From contig OX597814.1 in the NCBI GenBank assembly GCA_951406725.2, forward strand, positions 28,272,001 through 28,336,000: DNA of 64,000 nucleotides. The letters run 5' to 3'. A model generated the notes under the pieces. That model was not told the DNA's origin. It was given only the letters and a program-made list of their open reading frames with translations, and ran no database searches. Within the stretch, counting starts at the first letter, position 1; every line of letters begins with the position of its first letter. Source of the stretch: Octopus vulgaris (taxonomy: Eukaryota). The position numbers and the translations under genes are program-made. Below are positions 54,041 to 64,000 of this stretch, in pieces.

Positions 54041-55065
54041 CAGATAAATAAATGATATCAAAAATATATTCGCTATCCAAATTCTATTTAATTTCATTTC
54101 GTTTTGTTTTTGTTTTTGAACCCTTCTTAATGCTACTTCAATGGTCTCAGCCCCCTTCGAGTTGATTGGCCTCGTTTCACCTCTACTCAGGCACTCCTTA
54201 CCTACACTTCTTCCCTTGGCCCATCATCAATGTTGTATCCTGCCCTTAAGGAACCGCATTGGACACCTGTACAGGGTTTTACCTCTCCAGAATGTTGTCG
54301 TCTCTGAAATTCCATCTCTGCTTACGTATTTTTTTTTTTTTTTTTCTGATTTGTCAGATTTAAGAGAAGTATTGATTATTAATCCCATCAATCCTGGAAA
54401 TTTCTGCGAGGGTGATTGGTACCAACCTCTTCTTCCTCCAAACCAAACTTTATAATAAAAAGAAAACGGCTTTAGGAAAATGAAGGGTATTTTTTGTAAA
54501 CTAATTGGTGTTGAGACCTAAGACCTATGATTTTTTTCAGCCTCCGCCCCATCTAACGATAGAGTTTAATGTGATTAATGTGCATTCTAAACATCTGCAA
54601 CTATGGATAGGAACTAATACAAGTTGTTGCCAGAAATATGAAGCATGGGAATCCAGAGATCTAGTTTTCGGTGACGCAGTTGATGATAAAAATAGCAGTT
54701 TTGAATATGAATGAATCTATGCAACGTAGTCATTTCCGTGAGAGTCGAACTGTAGCGATATCAATGGAAACGCGAGTTAATTTTTACATGAAAAGATGAA
54801 ACATGAAACAATGAGATTTAATTAACATGAAGGATGGTATGGAAGTTAATTTTTAAACAGATTTTGTCCGAGGTTCAGTGCGGGGCCAGAAACTGGATAT
54901 AAATCACTGACCTCTCAGTTGGTAATATGAATTCCTTTAATTCGATCACTGTTGCAGCAGCCTGGATGGTTAAACTAAAAGAATGCAAGACACAAACAAT
55001 GAGCTACGTTAAAACACAATACCGTTCTTTTATATGATCAGATGAAATATTTGATCCAATATTAA

Positions 55066-55102
<37 letters not shown>

Positions 55103-57079
55103 AAGAATGGAAAACAATGGACAACAGCTTTTCTCCTTATATATGTATATCTGTATTTGAATGTATTTTGTAATACTGTTAACTACTACCACCACCAGTG
55201 TTTGAAAGAAATTGCATTGCTATGTGATTATATGCGCGAACGATCTTCTATTACATTTTGTTTTTTCCTGTAACTGACTGCATTTTTTGTATAAAAATGT
55301 AAAACGTTCCCCCAGCATCAGCATATAACATGCCAAGTAGAGTCGGGTTGCACATTTCATATCCAAATAATTTGTTCTTAAAACCACAAAATTTCAAAAA
55401 AGATATTTTTAATTTTGATTATTTTGATTAGTAATCATTGATTAAAAACAAATTGGATTCTCTGGCTTCAGTAGTTTCTGATATACTGGAGCAGGCACGC
55501 AATCAAGCATTTAATCCAGGAAATCAATCAAGCAAACAAATGTGAGAAAAACAATAGCATCAAATGTAATTTGTTGGTGAATGAATATATTAGGTAGGGA
55601 GAATGATACTCAAGACGATTGAAAGAAAGGCAATAAGTAAAAAGAGACAAAAACAAATATACAAGAGAGAAGATAAGAAAGAAAATATATTCAAAAAGAA
55701 TGAACGTATAAAGAATGCATGCTTCTAGAAATATTGCAAGCTAAAGCCGCTGCTGGAGCTTTCTATATCCTGTCGCCTGCTAAGCCAATCTTTCACTTCA
55801 ACATCTCTCCGCGTCTCACGTCTCAGCCGTGAACAACAATTAATCTTCCGCCTGAACACGGCTACTCCGCTTGGTATCAAAAACCGACTTACTCTCCTCT
55901 ACCCATCCCAACAGACTGATAAATGTCTACACATGCACTTCATACAGCCATGAGCATATTCGCTCACACAACTCACTAGGATTCCTCAAACTTCCACATA
56001 TACACTTCACACACGGAAATGTTAATTTGCACACAGTCTCATTCACACATGCATACTCATACGCATGCACAAATACTCATGCACACATAAATTAACTATA
56101 AGTTCTCTATACTTTACACACACGTGCGCGTGCATACGCACACAGACACGCATACTTAGACTCACAACCTCGCTTACACATATAGTCATCTAGATGTATA
56201 CACACATTCTAGGGTGTATACATCTAGATGTATACACACATTCTAGGGTGTATACATCTAGATGTATACACACATGCACGGGCGCACGTGCACACACGGA
56301 TTCACACACACGAACACACACATATACAAGAATTCGCACACACGCAGTTCACACTCACGTACTTAATTTGTTTTCCTCTCTCACACACACACATACGTAC
56401 ACACATAAATATGCACACAAAACATATTTACAACGCGCGCGCATACACACACAGAGTAAATATTACTACTCTTTTATTCTTTTACATATTTCAGTCATTT
56501 GAGTACGGCCATGCTGGAGCACAACCTTGAAGAGTTTTACTAGTACTTATTCTTTCGGTTCCTTTTACCGAATCGCTACGTTACGGTTACATTAACATTC
56601 CAATATTGGTTGTCAAGCGATGGTGGGGGGAAAAACACAGATGCAAAGACACACACACATAAATATATATATATACATATACATGCATACATACGTACAT
56701 ACATACGTACATACATACGTACATAAATCCATATATACATACATACATACACATATATATGTGTGTGTGTGTGTGTGAATACATATACATACATACATAA
56801 ATACATACACACACTTATATTGGATGCAGCTCTGCATCGTTAGCCAGCTAGAGGAGATGTCCTCTTTGGGTTAAAAAATCGCAGTAAAGTCCGTTCGAAC
56901 GGACAGCCACGTTGAAGTGGCCACGGATATTATTTGATAGTACAACTACTGCGTTGATCTCTTTAGAGGGATTTTAGAACTAGAATTTCTGCTTGTTGCA
57001 AAATCAGTGACTGTGTGTTCGCTTGAAATATATACATTGCGAGCAGAAGCAAGCTACTGCCATCTCTAGCAGACGAGGT

Positions 57080-57822
57080 GGTTCGATGAGAACCAACTTA
57101 CCAACCTGTTCCAAAAGACTTTCAGGACGGGGGCATTTGGATAATTACCAAAAATCCCTGACCTGGCAGTGCTACAAGAACGCTTTACCTGTCCGCGATA
57201 AGTTATCCAGGCACGGAATGTCAGTGCCACCAATATTACCAAGATGTGGGCTGGACGATGAAACCGTCCTGCGCGCTTTTGTACACTGACGGAAGCTTTC
57301 AGGCTTGATAATTTACGTTGAATCAGCTGAATCTATAATAAAGATTGTGCCGCCCACCGGACTCTCGAAGGAAGGTGAGGCATGTTTTCTCCCTTACAGT
57401 GACAGTGTTGAAAGAATGTGTTTGGAAGACAAGACTGCAAGGACTCGTGGCGGGAACCTCCATCTCTGACCCCGGATTGCTCACTTTTTTCAGATATCAC
57501 CTGAAGAGCAAGGTAGGGCTGGAAACGAAACGACTATCGCGAGGTGTGTTTGAGAAAAGATGGAAGGCTGTGGTAAGAAAGGTGGGTGCAAGTGACCCGG
57601 TTTAATCTCCATGGAGAAATATAAAGGTGTAGTTGCTCGGCTTTTCGCCCATTAGGGTAATTTCCCCCCTGGATAAAAATTATAAAAAATATATTATATA
57701 TTAATTCGTATAATCATCAAAATTTTAAAATTAAGTTTCATTCGAACTCACATTAACATTTATCTGTTTGTTCTGTCTTGTTTGTCCTTTCTGTGTTAGA
57801 TAATCATTACCTTAATAAAGAA
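57080..57822 (+). mobile_element. 3' end of an L1/Tx1-like LINE (zf-RVT region, 3' UTR, AATAAA)
   Basis: LDNYQKSLTWQCYKNALPVRDKL...PRCGLDDETVLRAF; KECVWKTR...FFRYHLKSKV...FEKRW. Confidence 0.82.
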
Positions 57823-57846
57823 AGCATCTTTGGTAGACGAAGTGTC

Positions 57847-57895
57847 CAGTACTGAAGAGTGAGAGAAATAGCCCGAAACCAGGAGTGGTTTGCTG
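57847..57895 (+). ncRNA. Type I hammerhead ribozyme motif
   Basis: CAGTA-CTGAAGA-GTGAGA(GAAA)TAGCCC-GAAA-CCA(GGAG)TGG-TT-TGCTG; intact core, stems I and III pair, stem II partly mismatched. Confidence 0.6.
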
Positions 57896-58499
57896 ATCCA
57901 GTCGCTAGAAGGTGATAGGGGTTCGCACCCCTGCTCACAATTTATCGGATGCAGCTCTGCATCGTTAACCAGCTAGAGGAGATGTCCTCTTGGGGTTAAA
58001 AAAATCACAGTAGAGTCCGTTTGAACGGACAGTCATGCTGAAAGTTGTTTTTTGACGTTCAACAAAAAGAAAAACCTCAAAAAGTAAAAAAATAAAAAAA
58101 TAAAATAAAATAAAAAAAAATACAAAAATAAAACGAAGCCCTTTCTATTGATCAAAGAATAATGTTAGACATCTGGATTTGACTGTATCAGCGATGAGTT
58201 TGTGGAACTTTGAATTCTTTGTAATGACCGAAAGGAGAGCTTTCTCTTCAACTGCTTCGGGAATATAACCCCAAAACTCTTTCCAGAATATTACGCATTG
58301 TCTACGCCTACTTGTAAGAACTTACAGTTTTTCACAAATTAGAAAAAGGAAAGAATGGTAGCGGTAGTTGCTTTAGTCACATATTCTTGCACCATTTTAG
58401 CAATAGTTGCCATCGATAGTTTAGAATATCAGAGTTTATCGACAAAAACTTGAAGCTCTTTTCAATTGATAACAATGTGATTTACAGAGATAGCTATTC

Positions 58500-58757
58500 A
58501 TCATCGTCGTCGTCATCATCATCATTAACTCCCGGACATTACTGTCTGGAGTCCTGGGGATCATAGGGTCGGTTACTTGGTTTCCATGGCATAAACGAGA
58601 CCGAGATCACAATATTTACCTCCGAACGGAATGCCAGTCCGTAGCAGCGTTTTGAGATGTGTTGCTCAAGCACATAATGCACCGCACCTGTTCGGGAAAC
58701 GACACCACGACCCTGCGATCTTGAGTGTTCCACCCAAACCACTGAGCCACTCGCCTT
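58500..58757 (-). mobile_element. Old tRNA-derived SINE (family D-like head) ending in (GAT)n
   Basis: TGGCTCAGTGG head, CTTGAGCAACACAT core; tail similar to the 47232 copy. Confidence 0.6.
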
Positions 58758-58939
58758 CTGGCTGTTCTGGGCGTACTGAATGAGTGGTGCACGCCTTTCC
58801 AAAGATAGTATATTTCCTTTTTAATTATTCTCTCCTTGGTCGCTTACATACACACTCAATAATAGATTACTTCAGGTTGAAGTGTAAACGAAGACAGGAT
58901 GAAACAGCCTAAAATTTGTCTGTATATACTTGGATTGGA

Positions 58940-59860
58940 TTCCTTATGTTTAGTCCACTGCAGGACGAAAGCCTCCACATGTTCTCTCCACCAGACAGAC
59001 TAATGTGGAGGCCGCGAATTTCAGCTTGAGATAATACTAGGTTTACTGAACCTACTCTGCCACACTGGCTTGACATGGCAGAGGAATGCAGTTTTTATAC
59101 TCATATCCAAGAGTAGTTAAGTCAATTATATCGACCGCAGTATTCAACTGCTACTTATTTTATCGATCTCGAAAGGACTAAAAGCAAAGTCGGCCACGGT
59201 GGAATTTGAAGCGTTTCATCCGACGTGCTAACGATTCTGCGTGTTAGCCACCTTATGTTTATACTTCTCCAGACAAATACCCTGTGAAAACGACCACTAT
59301 AAGCTGCTGATCTATTATGCCATCAAATAAGATAGGACCTGCCACAGAACCCCGTGTCATGCCTCAGTAATGTAACTGGTATCTGTAATAGTTGTACCGG
59401 TCTTATTACTAATTTTACGTGCGTTGCCAGAAGTTGAACCGGAAAGTGGGAGACATCAAGCTGATTACGCAGAAGCAGCATCTAAAAGTACTTAAGCCCT
59501 CTACCCCTTATGGAACATAGGCTATCGACGACTTTTCTCAGATTTTGTCGACTCTAGGTCACAATGCAAGATGTTGGTTTCTTTATGGTTTGATCTCCCT
59601 GAGGGAAGGCTTTCCTCTCCAAATTTAGTCAGTTTCGAATTGACATCAATGCTTTTGTAAATTTGTTTGTTTTCTAGATAAGGATGTTGGACCTACACAA
59701 ACACATTTTTACCTTTGGGAAGAGATGGTCACAATTAGTTTGGCTTCTATCCTTTGATCTGTCCAGCATAGAAGGCCTTACAAGTAGCATCGCTCCATTG
59801 ACACAGCTCTCGGGGTCGTTGAGGCATACAAGCCACCACATCACAACAAGCAATAAACCT
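58940..59860 (-). mobile_element. Scattered RTE-like LINE remnants (two 3' ends and a 5' UTR-like stretch)
   Basis: WREHVEAFVLQWT near 58950-58990; RKVVDSLCS near 59500-59540; GTGGTGGCTTGTATGCCTCAACGACCCCGAGAGCT near 59805-59840. Confidence 0.5.
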
Positions 59861-60403
59861 TGAAGCATCTAAACGTAACGTACAACTAATTTTGCCGATC
59901 CATTTGCTCCAGCGAAAAACGACATTGGTGCAACGTCACTTTTGTACACTGCTTCAGTAAAAGGCAAAACGAAATACATAAATATATACAAAGGGAAACG
60001 AAGAATATATAAACAAAGGAGGGCGTCGGTAATGAAATATGAAGATTGTTTCGCTGAACAACAGGAAATTAGAGAGAAATATTTTGACACTGCACAGAAA
60101 CTCGTACAGAAAAACGTAAACACACGAACACATGCAAATTGTTGACGTCAGCTTCGAAATAGAGCTGACGTTAGAGTTGACCTAAGATCATACGCGTTCC
60201 AAATATGACCATCTTGTCTTTCAACCAATAGTATATTTTGAGTTACATTATTTAACTCACGTTTCTTTTGATTTAAGGGCATGTGTGTTTATGTATTCAC
60301 TATGTGTTCGTGTATAAAAGAAATATCACTATGTGTTCGTGTGAGTATGCGTGTTCGAGTGTATGTATGTGCTTGCCACCAACTTATTCTGGATGCAGGC
60401 GTA

Positions 60404-60567
60404 TTATTCTTTTATTCTTTTACTTGTTTCAGTCATTTTGCCTGCGGCCATGCTGTGGCACCGTCTTTAGTCGAGCAAATCGACCCTGGGACTTATTCTT
60501 TGTAAGCCCAGTACTTATTCTATCGGTCTCTTTTGCCGAACCGCTAAGTGACGGCGAACCGCTAAGT
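60404..60567 (-). mobile_element. SINE family B, 3' portion
   Basis: Family B match. Confidence 0.82.
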
Positions 60568-60798
60568 ATGTGTGTGTTTACATACATATTTGTATATGTG
60601 TTTATGATTGTTTAAATACTCTGTTATGTGAAAATCAGAGTATTGAAACAATCATAGACACATATGAATATATCTAAATACTCTATTTTGTGAAATTCAT
60701 CAAAAAACCTCTGTTGAGATTATATCCTAATCAGGATGAAGGGACAGTACAATGACTTTTGGTGGCTCTCCGAGCTCGCCAAGACTATTGCAGATTAA

Positions 60799-61388
60799 AA
60801 GGCGGCGAACTGGCAGAAACGTTGCTTAACGGTATTTCGTCTGCCGTTACGTTCTGAGTTCAAATTCCGCCGAGGTCGACTTTGCCTTTCATCCTTTCGG
60901 GGTCGATAAATTAAGTACCAGTTACGCACCGGGGTCGATGTAACTGACTTAATCCGTTTGTCTGTCCTTGTTTGTCCCCTCTGTGTTTAGCCCCTTGTGG
61001 GTAGTAAAGAAATAGAAATAGGTATTTCGTCTGCCGTTACGTTCTGAGTTCAAATTCCGCCGAGGTCGATTTTGCCTTTCATCCTTTCGGGGTCGATAAA
61101 TTAAGTACCAGTTACGCATTGGGGTCGATGTAATCGACTTAATCCGTTTGTCTGTCCTTGTTTGTTCTCTCTGTGTGTAGCCCCTTGTGGGTAGTAAAGA
61201 AATAGGTATTTCGTCTGCCGTTACGTTCTGAGTTCAAATTCCGCCGAGGTCGATTTTGCCTTTCATCCTTTCGGGGTCGATTAATTAAGTACCAGTTATG
61301 CACTGGGGTCAATGTATTTGACTTAATCCCTTTGTCTGTGCTTGTTTGTCCCCTCTATGTTTAGCCCCTTGTAGGCAATAAGGAAATA
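60799..61388 (+). mobile_element. SINE family A, head-to-tail trimer
   Basis: Units restart at 61021 and 61205 (184-bp period). Confidence 0.92.
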
Positions 61389-62061
61389 GGGCTGTGCAGA
61401 TGATGCTCAGTTTAAACATCTCAAAGGCGATACCTGTAGGAAAATCTATGACCAAGGAAGGAATTCCAGAGGTTTGTTTACGGTGGTTTGGAGTGCAGGG
61501 TTTGCGGAAGAGACACCGTGCAATGGGTGACGAGTGTATCAGAATTTATATTTTGCTGAAATCTTATTTACTCTCTAATATATTTTTCTTCAAATGTTTA
61601 ATGTAACCATACTTGTGTGGCTGTGTGGCAAAGATGGACGAAATGCTGCTCAGCATTTGCCTGGAAGAGTAGGTATTCTTACAGCTGCAGGAGTGTTGGA
61701 AAAGACAGAGTGGTCTAAAAGTTAAATGTGTTTGTAAACCTTTGTCAAGAAACTACGCGCACACATTTTCAACCATACCCAATCATATATACAAACACGC
61801 ATATACATGTATAAAAATATGTAAAAAAATTCAGTAAACACGCGCACAAGCAACTTACTCACAAAACATCTCATCTTTAAAACACATATCTCAACACCTC
61901 ATTCGCTAATAAGACTATGTCCTATAAATCACACCCAAAAGAAACCCTTTTATTTAAATATGATCTGTAGGACGTGGTTTTTCGATGTAGTCTTTTTTTT
62001 TTGTTGGGGGGAGATGATGTGTTAGTATGTGTAGCAACATTACTGTTATTTATGTGGATGT

Positions 62062-62430
62062 GGAGGCGTAATGGCCCAGTGGTTAGGGCAGCGGACTCGC
62101 GGTTTCGATTCCCAGACCGGGCATTGTGAGTGTTTATTGAGCGAAAACACCTAAAGCTCCACGAGGCTCCGGCAGGAGGTGGTGGTGAACCCTGCTGTAC
62201 TCTTTCACCACAACTTTCTCTCGCTCTTTCTTCCTGTTTCTCTTGTACCTGTATTTCAAAGGGCCAGCCTTGTCACACTCTGTGTCATGCTGAATCTCCT
62301 CGAGAACTACGTTAAGGGTACACGTGTCTGTGGAGTGCTCAGTCACTTGCACGGTAATATCACGAGCAAGCTGTTCCGTTGATCGTATCAGCTGGGACCC
62401 TCATCGTCGCAACCGACGGAGTGCTCCTAC
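62062..62430 (+). mobile_element. SINE family C
   Basis: TSD TTATGTGGATGT at 62050-62061 and 62431-62442. Confidence 0.92.
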
Positions 62431-62768
62431 TTATGTGGATGTAGTATTCAAATGTGTTTCACAAAAAGGTTTCTAGAAAACCCTCAATTCTTCGCAGCTG
62501 AAGCGTTTTCTGGTTCTTAAGAAAGAAAATCTCATCTTTGTGACAGTTTTAATTGTTATATTCATACAGAATTACTAAGAAAGATCATAAGAAGTCGTAG
62601 AACCTAGCATTTGTGGCGATTCAGGGTTTAACCACGTGTCTTAAAGGTGAGGTAATGTTTGTATCTATGGAGTGCTTATGTGTGCAAGTTTGTTTATTTA
62701 TTTTACTTATTCTTTATGCATGTGTATATGTGCTTGTATATCCGCACGCTTATATATATAAATATATG

Positions 62769-63184
62769 AGGGCGGCGAGCTGGCAGAATCGTTAGGATGC
62801 CGGGCGAAATGCTTAGTGGTATTTCGTCTGCCGTTACGTTCTGAGTTCAAATTCCGTCGAGGTCGAGTTTGCCTTTCATCCTTTCGGGGTCGTTTAAATA
62901 AGTACCAGTTACGCACTGGGGTCGATATAATCGACTTAATCCGTTTGTCTGTCCTTGTTTTGTCTTCTTTGTCTTTAGCCCCTTGTGGGTAGTAAAGAAA
63001 TAGGTATTTTATCTGCTGTTATGTTCTGAGTTCAAATTCCGCTGAGGTTGACTTTGCCTTTCATCCTTTCGGGGTCGATTAATTAAGTACCAGTTACGCA
63101 CTGGGTCGATGTAACCGACTTACTCCCTTTGTCTGCCCTTGTTTGTCCCCTCTAGGTTTAGCCCTCTGTGGGCAATAAAGAAAT
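62769..63184 (+). mobile_element. SINE family A dimer
   Basis: Second unit restarts at 63003. Confidence 0.9.
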
Positions 63185-63877
63185 ATGTGTGTGTGTGTGT
63201 GTGTGTTAGCATTTGTTTATCCTACGCTGCTCAGCACACTGGGCGACACATTATATAACTGGTTAAATATTGGTTTAAAATTTTGGCACAAGGTCAGAAA
63301 TTTCGGGAGAGGGGATAATTCAATTACATCAACGCCAGTGATTTATTCTATCGAACCTGAAAGGATGAAAGGCAAAGCCCACCTCGGCGACTCAGAACGT
63401 AAAGACGGACGAAATGGCGCTGAACATTTTGCCCAGCGTGCTAACAGTTCTGCTAGCGAGCCGCCTTAACTAAGTTTAAATATTGTGGTTGCTTAACTCC
63501 AAGTCAGCTTTGATCGATCAGACCTATGATCAAAGACATTCTAACTGTGACCTTCCTGTCATTTTAGGGTTATGTAAGATTACATATGCCAACGTAAGCC
63601 TCCCTTACTTAAGACGATAGGGTATAAGTCGAAGGAATTTGGCTGTTATTTCAATAGATGGATGACCGCAAACAGGTTCCCGCTTTGACTCATAAAATTG
63701 GTTAATTGATATATGTAAGGATTTCGAAATATATGTTGCAGAGTGTTTATATGTGTATGTGAGTGTGAGCGCGAATGTGAATATGTGCACGAATGCGCGC
63801 GTGTAAGTGTATATGTGTGCGTGCGTGCGTGCGTGTGTGTTAGTGTATGTCAGTGTGAGCGTGTGTGTGAGTGCACA

Positions 63878-64000
63878 TCTTTGTATATAAAAGTGAAGTT
63901 GTGTGTCTGTCTCCTACGATTTAGATTCCTAACTACTCTCACATTTTGCGGTGCAGTTTAACCAAAACCGGGTATCTTATAGTCGTGATTCATATCGAGC
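63878..64000 (+). mobile_element. Non-autonomous Helitron 5' end, cut by the window edge
   Basis: A|TC start; matches 1470 onward. Confidence 0.83.

Noticed and set aside
57905-57965. GGGGTTCGCACCCC plus AATTTAT and a hairpin as a tRNA, snRNA or spliced-leader RNA
   Set aside because: It does not match any snRNA or tRNA I can recall and the Sm-like site is imperfect; it is kept only as part of the structured repeat finding.
60736-61530. Possible ORF split by the SINE-A trimer (MKGQYNDFWWLSEL...)
   Set aside because: No recognisable homology, and the junction cannot be reconstructed confidently.

Overview
AT-rich, non-coding eukaryotic DNA, almost certainly from an octopus/cephalopod genome (judged from its tRNA-derived SINE families and extreme microsatellite load). 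No intact host gene is visible, and nearly all ORFs in the track are microsatellite or SINE artefacts. The window is a graveyard of mobile elements: four or more SINE families (labelled A-D here; many copies have TSDs), non-autonomous Helitrons and a Helentron/DINE-like element, Tc1/mariner elements (including one mariner nested in another), a hAT end, a MITE, Penelope-like remnants with inverted pseudo-LTRs, and Tx1/L1-, CR1-, RTE- and R4/Dong-like LINE fragments. The most interesting signals are: (1) a set of hammerhead-ribozyme motifs, one of them just past the 3' end of a Tx1/L1-like LINE rather than in a Penelope element; (2) a SINE that appears to move as head-to-tail 184-bp multimers and shares its tail with that Tx1-like LINE; (3) a covarying LINE/SINE 3' stem-loop. 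All calls were made by eye, so boundaries of old elements are approximate and family names are unverified.
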